Shown: positions 9,180-18,250, numbered from the stretch's first letter. The stretch is DNA of 32,000 nucleotides from Defluviitaleaceae bacterium (GCA_009779755.1 WRDO01000029.1:1-32000); one strand, 5' to 3'. Made by a program: numbers and translations. The notes: a model not told the origin generated them from the sequence alone.

Positions 9180-9986
9180 ATGTCAAATGAAACCAAAATC
9201 AAGAACTTGGGCGCATTTTTATACGAACAGCACGAAACGCAGGACGATGATGTAAAGTTCATCTTGCAAACCATCGGCGCTCCTGCGAAGAAGGTACTGG
9301 AGGTTGCTTGCGGCGGCGGACGCATCCTTGTGCCGTTGGCGAAGGCGGGGCATGACGCTTGGGGCTTTGATATGGACGATGACATGCTTGCCAATATACC
9401 CGCCAAGGCGTTGGGTTTATCCAACATCCATTGGCGCAACGCCGACGCGCTGCTTGACGATTGGGGCGCGGGCTTCGATGTAGTGGTTTTGGCGGGTAAT
9501 TTGCTGTTTAACATCGAAATCGAAACCGGTATCGAATACAAAAAAGCGCAGGAGCTTTTTATCCAAAAAGCCGCAAGCGCGCTTGTGACCGGTGGGTATC
9601 TTTACATCGGGTACAGCCCGTGGGCGCCCAACGGGCGCACGCTGACACGCCCCGCGGGGTATAACGTTGAAGATGACGGCAACGTCGTGTGGGAGTGGGA
9701 AGGCACGGACGAGTACGGTAACTATCAAAGGGAATGGGGTGCGTCGGGTGCGTTTAATGAAGAAACCGGTATCTTATCCGGCGAACGCCATTGTGAACAA
9801 CGCCTCGCTGACGGCACGGAAGCGAAGGCAACAGTCACCCGAATCAAACACTACGCCACCCTCGAACACATCCACGGCTGGCTTACCGCCGCGGGCTTCG
9901 AAATCGAGCAACAATACGAGAACTTCGACAAGAAACCCATCGACGACGACTCCACAACCCTCATCATCTACGCGCGGAAGAAATAG
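9180..9986 (+). CDS. Class I SAM-dependent methyltransferase
   Basis: 268 aa with SD GGAGGG upstream. Motif I VLEVACGGGRILVPLA followed by an acidic post-I motif GFDMD. Confidence 0.85.
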   Translation: MSNETKIKNLGAFLYEQHETQDDDVKFILQTIGAPAKKVLEVACGGGRILVPLAKAGHDAWGFDMDDDMLANIPAKALGLSNIHWRNADALLDDWGAGFDVVVLAGNLLFNIEIETGIEYKKAQELFIQKAASALVTGGYLYIGYSPWAPNGRTLTRPAGYNVEDDGNVVWEWEGTDEYGNYQREWGASGAFNEETGILSGERHCEQRLADGTEAKATVTRIKHYATLEHIHGWLTAAGFEIEQQYENFDKKPIDDDSTTLIIYARKK

Positions 9987-10011
9987 AATTTTTTAATTTA
10001 ACATCAGATTA

Positions 10012-10224
10012 TTAACAAAGATACCGTGTATTTTTGCTCACGATCGCTAAATAATCCACATCATTCAAATCATTAACCCCCCGAACCAAGTTGCGCAGCC
10101 ATACTTCGTCCCTTTCGCGGCGCAACGGCAGGGGCGGTATATCCCCGAAGATACGGTCGCGTACTTTTTGCCCGTACTTGTTTTCTACTTGTGCCGCGAG
10201 TTTTTCCGGCCATTTTTTGTTCAT
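10012..10224 (-). CDS. Hypothetical 70-aa protein, possibly a truncated remnant
   Basis: The ORF starts 6 nt after the MerR-like stop. The SD is weak and no family is recognised. Confidence 0.3.
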   Translation of the reverse strand: MNKKWPEKLAAQVENKYGQKVRDRIFGDIPPLPLRRERDEVWLRNLVRGVNDLNDVDYLAIVSKNTRYLC

Positions 10225-10229
10225 GGGGT

Positions 10230-11987
10230 TTAGCCTTTTTGCATCACGCTCAACAACAGAGCGTTGTCGATCATCAGTTCCGCTTCGCCCGTAAGTTCAA
10301 ACCCTGCGCCCCACATCAGCCAAGAGGGCAGGTGTTTTTCGTATACCTCCGCGATGAAGGCGTTGATATCTGTGTAGCCTTGCGGCAGGGCGACGCACAT
10401 GTACCTGCCCGTGGGGGCTTTGATGGTTGCGTCGATCGGCGGCGTTTCGCCGTGTACCCGCGCGTAAAATGTCCCGTCGCAGGTTACTTCAAACGCTTCC
10501 AAATGCCGGATTTCGCACTTGGGGCGGTCAATTTCCGTATAGTTCGGGCTTGCGGAAAAAGACTTTACCATTATTTCGATATGTTCAATAAAAAACGGCA
10601 CCTCCCGCGCGAGGTGGTTCGACGTAACCCGCAAGGTGGGTAGTGCCCGATCCCTCATAACGGGGAAGGTAAACGCCAGCGTAAACGCTTCGCCATCGTT
10701 TATAACGTGGTGCGCCATCGAATCGTACCCGGGTAGGGTAGTCATATCAATCCGACCGCCCGGTAAAGCTGATGTTTTGCTTGTTACGCGCCCGCGCACC
10801 TCTATTGTGCAATAATGGTTGGGTTGGATTCCCAACGTGTCCAATAGGATGAAGATTCCGTCCCAATCGTTGGCGCGGTTAGTGATATGGATACCGTTAC
10901 GGCCTTCCACTTCACGGAAGGTATAATCCGGGTTGCCCGTGGAGCCGATGGTGCGGCGGGGAATCCCTTTCCACACGGCGCCGCGTTCCATGCTTTGGAT
11001 AAACGCGTCCGTCGCCAGAGAATACACAATCCGCCAACCTTTTGTGTCAAATTTTATGGGTATATACCGTTGCATTTGGTGATACCCCAAGCCGCGTTTT
11101 ATATCACTATGCGGGAACAATAATTGCGCCAAACAATCCCGCGAATCGTCATGGGTAAAGTTCGTGCCTTCCAGCCATTCCATGATTTTCGTATGGGTGC
11201 TTGTTTGGCTTTCGCCGTCCATTTCGGCGTATACCGCCGCGGCGTACATACCGCCTTCCACCGTTATCAGCTCGAAGGGCGCGGCATCGGCTTCGGTCAC
11301 CCGGTCGCGGACGGCGTACATTAACATGCTGTCCATGCCCAAACATTCTTTGTTTAGGTAGAATTCGCAACCGCCCCACAAATCCTCCCTGCACAAATGG
11401 CCGTGGGTTTCCGGCCAACCCCAAAGGGTATTGTAGTCACACCCGCTTACCGCGCGGAAGCCCGGCAGCATGACCACCGTAACGTTCGGTATGCGCCTGT
11501 CGGTTTGCTCCATCACTTCCAACACGCGGTTAACGTCGGGAACGGTATTTTCGGGTGAAGCATTTTCGGGTGCGGCGGTAATGCGGCCTTCGATTTCTTT
11601 TGCTTTTTCGTAAAGCATCTTAACGTCATCGCCCTTGGTAAAGTCCGCTTGCCTGATTTGGCGTATAAATTCGAGGATAAACCCCTTAAGTTGATGCAGT
11701 AGCGCAACCTCGCCGTCAATATCACGCACCTTTTTGTCCAGCACCGCCAGTACCGCTTCCGTCCCCGACGCGTTAAAAATCATTTGTATATCCTTGATGG
11801 ATATGTTCAGCTTTCGCAGGATGAGAACCTGCTCGAGTTTCCGTACCGCCGCTTCGTCGTACAAGCGGTAGGCGTAATCGTCGGTGCGGATGCTTTCGAT
11901 CAGCCCCATATCCTCGTAATACCGCAGGGTGCGCGCGGATACATCATACCTATGCGACACGTCGCGGATTTTAATCAGCTTGTCCAT
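10230..11987 (-). CDS. MerR-family transcriptional regulator with a long effector region: GyrI-like, CBM4/9/22-like beta-sandwich, then a second GyrI-like segment
   Basis: N-terminal HTH MDKLIKIRDVSHRYDVSARTLRYYEDMGLI plus a coiled coil. Central segment ...IHITNRANDWDGIFILLD...YCTIEVRGRV resembles the CBM_4_9 core motif. The start was moved to ATG 11987 (alternative 12002) because nt 12050-12080 of the longer ORF form a promoter. Confidence 0.85.
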   Translation of the reverse strand: MDKLIKIRDVSHRYDVSARTLRYYEDMGLIESIRTDDYAYRLYDEAAVRKLEQVLILRKLNISIKDIQMIFNASGTEAVLAVLDKKVRDIDGEVALLHQLKGFILEFIRQIRQADFTKGDDVKMLYEKAKEIEGRITAAPENASPENTVPDVNRVLEVMEQTDRRIPNVTVVMLPGFRAVSGCDYNTLWGWPETHGHLCREDLWGGCEFYLNKECLGMDSMLMYAVRDRVTEADAAPFELITVEGGMYAAAVYAEMDGESQTSTHTKIMEWLEGTNFTHDDSRDCLAQLLFPHSDIKRGLGYHQMQRYIPIKFDTKGWRIVYSLATDAFIQSMERGAVWKGIPRRTIGSTGNPDYTFREVEGRNGIHITNRANDWDGIFILLDTLGIQPNHYCTIEVRGRVTSKTSALPGGRIDMTTLPGYDSMAHHVINDGEAFTLAFTFPVMRDRALPTLRVTSNHLAREVPFFIEHIEIMVKSFSASPNYTEIDRPKCEIRHLEAFEVTCDGTFYARVHGETPPIDATIKAPTGRYMCVALPQGYTDINAFIAEVYEKHLPSWLMWGAGFELTGEAELMIDNALLLSVMQKG

Positions 11988-12049
11988 ATAAAAATCCCCC
12001 ATGAGTCCCCCGCGTACAGCGGCGCGGGTAAGCGTTATGCGTCGGAAGG

Positions 12050-12080
12050 AACATAACCGCTTCCCCTGGGGAAGAGTCAA
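12050..12080 (-). promoter_or_regulatory. MerR-type promoter with a 19-bp spacer and a dyad operator
   Basis: Read on the minus strand: TTGACT (12080-12075), 19-nt spacer, TATGTT (12055-12050). The spacer contains the perfect palindrome CTTCCCC-n-GGGGAAG (12060-12074). Confidence 0.65.
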
Positions 12081-12094
12081 GGGGGAATTGAATT

Positions 12095-13489
12095 TTATAT
12101 ATGTTTTATGATTCCGTTTTCGACCAAAAACATCTCCAAAATCGTTTTTACATCGTCAAGGGACAAATCTTGGAAAAAGAAATGATTCAACCCGCACCGC
12201 ATATACGTAACCCCGTCGAAGGTAAAAAGCATACGGAACGCGCACCGTTTTTCGCCGCTTTCGGCGCCGCTCGCTTTGAATAAATGCGGGCTGCCGCCCT
12301 TACAGCAGGTACCGGGGTCGTCGAGTTTAAATACGTCGGGGAAGCGTCCGGCAAGTGCCCGCATTTTTTCGGGCGCTTTTTCAAAGGCGTGAATAAAGGA
12401 CACTTTGGTACCTATCTTTGCTTCGTGATGGTCGAAATGGCCCGCGTCCGGTTTGCGTTCGCCCTGCCGTACGAGCATAAACCGCTTCGAGCCTTTTTTA
12501 TAGAGGATGCAACCTTTTTCCATCGGTTCCTTGGGGTCGATGGCGAAGCCGTATTTTTTTGCCTCGGCATGGAGCCATTCCTGTACTTCCCTTAATTTGC
12601 TCGAAGCGTAATCCATCTCCGCGCGGAACACACGTTCATATTTCTGCCCGGCGGGGTCTTCGATATAACGATAGGAAAAACTGTGCAACGGCTTCCCCCA
12701 ACTCCAATCGGGCTTTGAAGTATCAATTTCGCTTACATAAGCGTGTAAAACCGTCATAACATACGGGTTGTCGGGATAAGTAACCCTAAATGCTTCGGAT
12801 TTTTTACCGTAACCGTCAAATAGGAACCCCATGCTTTCAAACCCGGCAATCATTAATTCCACTTTTTTATGCCTTTTTACACCCTTGTCGTTGAAAAACG
12901 CCTTTGCGTCAACCGTTACGGCGCCGTCATGATGGGAGCCGTTGAAAATTAAAGCGAACAGGATATCCACAACACGGTTGTAATAACCCTCCGTCGTTTC
13001 AAAGTCCGGATATCCCCACGCAAAGGGGTCTTTTTCAATGTCTTCATATATGGCGATTACGATTTGCTGCAATTCCCGAAACGCGGCGATAAATTCCTCA
13101 TTGGAAAGAACCGTCAGGTGCCTCGGGTCAGCTTGTACGTTATCGGGCATGGGGAGGATATCCTGCTTGCGCCGCGCCGCCGCGTCTTTCCCCGCTTGTT
13201 CGTACCCGCTGTGAAAATAGCCGTTAATAACGGAAGCCGCACTTTGTAACCCCGGTTCTTCCTTCTCAATATATTTCGCGTAATCAATCAGAAAACGCGT
13301 TGCGTTGCGGTAATGGCCGATAACCCCGCTAACGTTCCAAGTTTGCAAAAACGCGGTCAGCACATCGGCGGTTATGTCCGTTGTGATACATTTTTTCAAT
13401 TCGTTAAAAAACCAAAGCCTTTCCCCTATCAGTTTTTCGTTGCATTTCTTTTTTATTAAATAGTCATGGTACCTTTGCTTGTCCAACAT
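12095..13489 (-). CDS. Hypothetical protein, paralog family A (long form, about 465 aa)
   Basis: The ORF is open to 13555. ATG 13489 is preferred because of an AAAGGAA SD. It shares segments with ORF 16272-17567: YEDIEKDPFAWGYPDFETTEGYY vs YEDVYYHPAVYGLDPIDTEGYL, and a Cys-containing C-terminus ...RCAFRMLFTFDGVTYMRCG..F.FQDL vs ...MFNKIFYSCGGGTSFGVEYL. Confidence 0.7.
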   Translation of the reverse strand: MLDKQRYHDYLIKKKCNEKLIGERLWFFNELKKCITTDITADVLTAFLQTWNVSGVIGHYRNATRFLIDYAKYIEKEEPGLQSAASVINGYFHSGYEQAGKDAAARRKQDILPMPDNVQADPRHLTVLSNEEFIAAFRELQQIVIAIYEDIEKDPFAWGYPDFETTEGYYNRVVDILFALIFNGSHHDGAVTVDAKAFFNDKGVKRHKKVELMIAGFESMGFLFDGYGKKSEAFRVTYPDNPYVMTVLHAYVSEIDTSKPDWSWGKPLHSFSYRYIEDPAGQKYERVFRAEMDYASSKLREVQEWLHAEAKKYGFAIDPKEPMEKGCILYKKGSKRFMLVRQGERKPDAGHFDHHEAKIGTKVSFIHAFEKAPEKMRALAGRFPDVFKLDDPGTCCKGGSPHLFKASGAESGEKRCAFRMLFTFDGVTYMRCGLNHFFFQDLSLDDVKTILEMFLVENGIIKHI

Positions 13490-13544
13490 GTAACCATTCC
13501 TTTGCTCCAAAATATCCGTACGGGCAGCACCCATTGATAATCGG

Positions 13545-13555
13545 TATAATAGCAC
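13545..13555. promoter_or_regulatory. Candidate overlapping divergent -10 elements: TATAAT on the plus strand, TGcTATTAT on the minus strand
   Basis: TATAAT at 13545-13550 faces the sigma gene. Its complement region 13547-13555 reads TGCTATTAT toward ORF 12095-13489. Neither has a good -35 element. Confidence 0.25.
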
Positions 13556-13635
13556 ATGAATCCGCCACTCCCTAACCCGATCCCTTTTCCGCCGACTATA
13601 TAAGCGTTAAGGCTTAACGAAACGGAGCGAAGCCC

Positions 13636-15255
13636 GTGAACGAAATCTACGGTCTGCTCGGAAGCAAGGCGTTCCTGAAAAGTTTGTACGCCTTTGCGTA
13701 CAAACGCACCGCCAATTCCTATGAAGCGGAGGATTTATGCTCGGACATCGTTGCCGCCGTGCTTTCCGCGGCGCGCAGGAATTCCGACGTTACCCACCCC
13801 TACGCCTTCGTGTGGACAATCGCGCGGCGCGTCTACGCCGATTTTTCCGTAAAGCGTAAGCGCGGAGCAGACCATACCGCCCTTTATTCGGACGATACCG
13901 CAACCGGCTGTACCCAACCCATCGACGAATATATCGAAAACGAGGACGATAAGCTCCGCTTGCGGCGCATCCTGCGGGAATTCGCCTTCCTGTCGAAGAT
14001 ATACCGCGACGTGTGCGTCATGTACTACCTCGACGAATTGAAGGTGCCGCACATCGCAAAAAGGCTGGGCATCAGCCAAAACACCGTCAAACAGCGGCTC
14101 TGGTCGGCACGCGTTACTATTAAAAAAGGAGTGGGAAAAATGGACAACCCCGTATTAAAGCCCATCGAAATCGCCTTCATCGGCACGGGAAGCCCCGTGG
14201 GCAACGACCCGCGGGAACACGCCCGCCGCAGCTTTTCAAAGGCCCTCATCTACCTGTGCAAGGACACCGAACGCAGCGTAAAGGAACTCTCCGAAATGCT
14301 GGGCGTCCCTATGCCCTATGTGGAGGAGGAAGTATGGATACAAACCCACGGAACAAACGGTTACTACGGATTCCTGCGGAAAACGGAAAGCGGTAAGTAC
14401 ATTACCAACTTTATCCTCACGGACTATGATGATTATATGAAAGTAAGCGAAATGTACGGACGCCACGCCTACGTCATCGCGGGAAAATTCGACGCCTTCG
14501 TTAAAAAGCACGAGCAGACCATTCTGGGCCTGCCCTTCCTCAACCCGCAAACCGACACACGCCTGATAGCGTGGAAGCTCATACACGACTTGAATTGGGC
14601 ATTAATCGAACACGTGGGGAAAAGGGCGGAAGAAAAATACTTTGCACACATCACCCCCACCCAACGCGATTTTTATACCTTCGGCATCGCCATCAAGGAA
14701 GGGCAAACCTTCGACGCTCCTTTCTACGGCTGCGACGGCAACATCGCCCACGACATCGACGGATACAAGCGGGTTTTCATTTCCAACATCTACGGCAGGC
14801 GGTTGGAAAAACATTTCGGCTGCGGGGACGACATTTCCCAAGACAAACCCCTCCGCCTCACCATACGCGCCATCGGCGGGCTTCCCTTATCGTCCCTGAC
14901 CGAAGGCGAAAGGGAAACAGCGGCAAAGGCCATCGAAGCCGGATACCTTAAAAAGAAAAACGACACGTTCCACCCCCGTATCCTCGTCAGCGAAGCCGAC
15001 GTGTACTGGTGCGTCACCGACGCCTTCCTTAAGGAAATCGCTCACTTGATTGAACCCATGGCCGACGACATTCACAAAATGATAAAAAAATACCTGCCCA
15101 AACACATGGCAGGTGAATACAAACTTTTCAACCAGCAAACCTCTTTGGGTCTGCTGGACGGCATGTATGAAGAATGCATCGAACTCGGCACCATCACCGC
15201 TCCCGACAAAACCCCCTCCGCCGAAGGGGTGGTTATGATAGCAGAAAGGAAATAA
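13636..15255 (+). CDS. ECF-type sigma-70 family factor with a soluble C-terminal extension of about 370 aa
   Basis: GTG start with GGAG 8 nt upstream. Region 2 AEDLCSDIVAAVL...PYAFVWTIARRVYADF. Region 4 YRDVCVMYYLDELKVPHIAKRLGISQNTVKQRLWSARVTIKKG. The remaining roughly 370 aa have no TM segment and no recognised domain. Confidence 0.85.
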   Translation: MNEIYGLLGSKAFLKSLYAFAYKRTANSYEAEDLCSDIVAAVLSAARRNSDVTHPYAFVWTIARRVYADFSVKRKRGADHTALYSDDTATGCTQPIDEYIENEDDKLRLRRILREFAFLSKIYRDVCVMYYLDELKVPHIAKRLGISQNTVKQRLWSARVTIKKGVGKMDNPVLKPIEIAFIGTGSPVGNDPREHARRSFSKALIYLCKDTERSVKELSEMLGVPMPYVEEEVWIQTHGTNGYYGFLRKTESGKYITNFILTDYDDYMKVSEMYGRHAYVIAGKFDAFVKKHEQTILGLPFLNPQTDTRLIAWKLIHDLNWALIEHVGKRAEEKYFAHITPTQRDFYTFGIAIKEGQTFDAPFYGCDGNIAHDIDGYKRVFISNIYGRRLEKHFGCGDDISQDKPLRLTIRAIGGLPLSSLTEGERETAAKAIEAGYLKKKNDTFHPRILVSEADVYWCVTDAFLKEIAHLIEPMADDIHKMIKKYLPKHMAGEYKLFNQQTSLGLLDGMYEECIELGTITAPDKTPSAEGVVMIAERK

Positions 15256-15295
15256 ACGTTAGCCCTTTTCGTAAATTTTACAGCGTTATGTTTAT

Positions 15296-16270
15296 TTATC
15301 CGCGTTGGTTTAGCGAAGCGATAAATTCTATAAAATAACTTTCAAACGGTTGTGAACGTTCTTTCTTATTTTCGCAAAGGTATTTGTAAAAATGCGGGGA
15401 TACAACGTGGGAGCCGCCGTCGTGGTTTTTAAAATATTCATAGGGTTCGATATCCGCACCCAATTTGACGGCAAGGTAAATCCCCAAGGCTTCCACGATG
15501 TTTTCCTCGATAAACCCTTCCGCTGTGCCATAACCGGAGTTGGGGGATTGGTTGTCGAACGCTTCCTTGACCCACGGATTGTCAAACAACGCCGTTATAT
15601 GATCACGCACTTGTTCGCGGTTGTACGGCGGATGAAACATTTCGTGCGTGGCATTTGACAAAATAATATCCAACGAATACCTGATGTCGGTAAGAAGGTT
15701 GTTACCGCATAGTTTGATCCCTAACGGGTCCGTAAACGCGCATAAATATATGGTGCAATCGGAATTATCAATATCACCGAAGGGCTGCAGGGCTTCATCT
15801 ATATTAAACGCCGCCAAACGATCGTTAATTTCGGCGCATTTTTCCCGTATCTTCGGCAACCAATTTTGTTCCCAATATTGTCGGAAGCCTTTTTCTTCGA
15901 GTTCGGATATAAGGGGAATAATCGTATGCTTAAACCGTGAAAATTGTTCCTCAAATTCTTCCTTATCAAAAGCGTATGGCGTTTTATTCATAGATTTTTC
16001 AATTTCATCAAAACTGCCTAACATTTCCGCAAGGTTCCTGTTGTTAAAATCATCAAGCGAAGATACGAAAAGCGTAACGGTCGGCGAAAGCATGGAATTC
16101 TCTTGTTTGTCAGCCAACTCTCGCATCTTTGTTTTTATCTCTTCGCTTAATTGGGGATACCAAGCGTCAAAGACTTCTTTATGTCTGTCCGTATAATAAC
16201 TGTCCGCGGTAAGTGTGTTGAGTAAGCAGAGCATGTCCATGTTATAACTTATACCTGTTTTTAATTTCAT
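15296..16270 (-). CDS. Hypothetical protein with an HExxH motif (putative zinc metallopeptidase-like)
   Basis: 324 aa with motif SNATHEMFHPPY. The start lies 1 nt after the stop of the upstream ORF, so they probably form an operon. The DNA is AT-richer than its flanks by eye. Confidence 0.7.
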   Translation of the reverse strand: MKLKTGISYNMDMLCLLNTLTADSYYTDRHKEVFDAWYPQLSEEIKTKMRELADKQENSMLSPTVTLFVSSLDDFNNRNLAEMLGSFDEIEKSMNKTPYAFDKEEFEEQFSRFKHTIIPLISELEEKGFRQYWEQNWLPKIREKCAEINDRLAAFNIDEALQPFGDIDNSDCTIYLCAFTDPLGIKLCGNNLLTDIRYSLDIILSNATHEMFHPPYNREQVRDHITALFDNPWVKEAFDNQSPNSGYGTAEGFIEENIVEALGIYLAVKLGADIEPYEYFKNHDGGSHVVSPHFYKYLCENKKERSQPFESYFIEFIASLNQRG

Positions 16271-16271
16271 C

Positions 16272-17567
16272 TTATCTACCCTCCGAAAAATGACCCAAAC
16301 GAATTTTTATTAAATCGATTATAAAATCAAAATTATCGCGGGTCAAATACTCCACACCAAAGCTCGTCCCGCCGCCGCACGAATAAAATATTTTATTAAA
16401 CATTACTTTGGGGTGGCCGCGCGGGGGAGGCGCATATAAACAACCACATTCGCGGCAACGCTTGAAATGCTTGATGCAAAAGGTCTTCATGCCGTCGGCG
16501 TTGGGCAGGGTGTTAACTGCGCTTTCGAAGGCTTCGCGGTTTTCCGTATTCTTTTCGGGGCCGAAGTTCGGCCGTATGTTGGGCCAATGGAAGCTCCATG
16601 TTTTATCGATACAGACGGTGACTAAGTTGTTCGCATTCCCGGCTTTGTTGATATCCAAATGCTCTTTTCTTCCGTCATATCTGACAACCGTTTTGTCCTT
16701 GGATTTCCATTCCACCCGATTTAGTTTGCATTCCCGTTTTAGATTAAAGCCCGCGAGGAACGCATCCAAACGAATGATTTCCTCTTTATTCGCATCGTCA
16801 AGGGAGTACAGCGTTTCTTCGAAGGTGCATTTATAATCCGGCGCAAGCACGCGGAAATCAAGGTAATGGCACGCCTCGCTTAACGCTTTTGTTTTGTTTG
16901 CCTTTTGGTTCAAATCAACGCCTTTTAACAACTTTAACGCTTGGAACAGGTTGGGGTATTTTGTGTTCGTTATCACACAGCCGTCGTTATCCGGGGTGAT
17001 TACGAAAGACAAGCGCTCCATAAGCTGCGTGAATTTTTCCTTGTCGTAATTGTGGTGCTTTTTCAATAGGCTTAACAGCTTCTTGTATCCGTCCTTTGAA
17101 AAACAGACGCTTTGGTCCATTAAAACGTTATTTTCCGATGAAATTTTACTGCACAAAAAACGGAAAAAATACAGGCGGCTTTCGGTCCGCTTAAAGAACT
17201 CCAATGCCGCCTTATCCTCTTTGTTTATGGCTAATATAATCGCCTTGCTCCACGTCCTGCCGGATAAATACCCCTCGGTATCGATCGGGTCCAAGCCGTA
17301 TACTGCCGGGTGGTAATACACATCTTCGTATCCGTTCAATATAAGGTTATATAAATCCACACAAGCCGCTTTTACCGCTTTGTCATCTATTTTGGAAAGG
17401 CTAATATCGAGCGGAAACAACAACCTCCCCGCGTTCCATATGGCTCGATGGATGATGAACGGAAACACCGTTTCGTTTTTTGAAAAAATCATGAAGGCTC
17501 CCTTTAAAACATCGTTTGGCACTATTTCTTCATTTGTAATTATATCACATGATTTAAATAACGCCAT
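16272..17567 (-). CDS. Hypothetical protein, paralog family A (short form), with a Cys cluster CIKHFKRCRECGC...SCGGG
   Basis: 431-aa ORF. An alternative start at ATG 17492 has a much better SD (AAGGGAG). Homology to ORF 12095-13489 is described under that feature. Confidence 0.7.
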   Translation of the reverse strand: MALFKSCDIITNEEIVPNDVLKGAFMIFSKNETVFPFIIHRAIWNAGRLLFPLDISLSKIDDKAVKAACVDLYNLILNGYEDVYYHPAVYGLDPIDTEGYLSGRTWSKAIILAINKEDKAALEFFKRTESRLYFFRFLCSKISSENNVLMDQSVCFSKDGYKKLLSLLKKHHNYDKEKFTQLMERLSFVITPDNDGCVITNTKYPNLFQALKLLKGVDLNQKANKTKALSEACHYLDFRVLAPDYKCTFEETLYSLDDANKEEIIRLDAFLAGFNLKRECKLNRVEWKSKDKTVVRYDGRKEHLDINKAGNANNLVTVCIDKTWSFHWPNIRPNFGPEKNTENREAFESAVNTLPNADGMKTFCIKHFKRCRECGCLYAPPPRGHPKVMFNKIFYSCGGGTSFGVEYLTRDNFDFIIDLIKIRLGHFSEGR

Positions 17568-17618
17568 CTTATTGCCGACGGCGTTATATTATGTTATCTT
17601 ACATATGAGGTGATGGTT

Positions 17619-17924
17619 ATGACGGTTGTTAAATCAAACGTTAACGTAAAAATTGATAAAACGGTAAAAGAACGCGCCACACAATTGCTTGCCCATATGG
17701 GCATTGACCAAACAACGGCTATCGATATGTTCTTCCGCCAAATCATCGCCGAAAAGCGGCTCCCCTTTCAACCGACGGTTGTAGCGGCAACGGACACGGC
17801 GTTAATCGCATTGCTTGAAAGCAACAAAGCAAATGAATATACATTGGATACGGATAATAACGGAACGCTCCGCATAGATAAAAACCTCCACGCCGACTTG
17901 TACGATTGGGCGGTCAACGGATAA
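17619..17924 (+). CDS. RelB/DinJ-family type II antitoxin with a C-terminal extension
   Basis: GAGG lies 8 nt upstream of ATG 17619. N-terminus NVNVKIDKTVKERATQLLAHMGIDQTTAIDMFFRQIIAEKRLPF matches the DinJ ribbon-helix-helix pattern. Confidence 0.8.
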   Translation: MTVVKSNVNVKIDKTVKERATQLLAHMGIDQTTAIDMFFRQIIAEKRLPFQPTVVAATDTALIALLESNKANEYTLDTDNNGTLRIDKNLHADLYDWAVNG

Positions 17925-18250
17925 TGTCCCCGTTTGATATATTTATCGCATATATTTCATGGGGCGACGGCGGCAAGCACCGCCCGGTATTGGTATATGC
18001 GTTGGACGACGCCTACGTTCGGTTGTACCCCATAACTTCGCGTTATGACAATAAAAGCGAAGCGGTAAGAACGAAATATTTCGCAATTAACGACCTTGCG
18101 TGTGCGGGTCTTTTCAAAACGTCCTACATTGATACGGGGACGCGTTTAAAGCAATCGGCAAACATCCTACATAATATCAAGCCGATCGGTAAACTTTCCG
18201 AGGGCGATAAACAACGGTTGATTCAATTCTTGCAAAACAATAAAAAATAA
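17924..18250 (+). CDS. PemK/MazF-like type II toxin
   Basis: TAATG overlap with the antitoxin stop. FDIFIAYISWGDGGKHRPVLVY resembles the MazF N-terminal beta-strand/RP.LV motif. 108 aa. Confidence 0.7.
   Translation: MSPFDIFIAYISWGDGGKHRPVLVYALDDAYVRLYPITSRYDNKSEAVRTKYFAINDLACAGLFKTSYIDTGTRLKQSANILHNIKPIGKLSEGDKQRLIQFLQNNKK

Noticed and set aside
10191-10643. A 150-aa plus-strand ORF and other ORFs (10802-11473) overlapping the MerR-like gene
   Set aside because: They are antisense or out of frame relative to a gene with a clear HTH and effector-domain motifs. They are Arg/Pro-rich with no SD.
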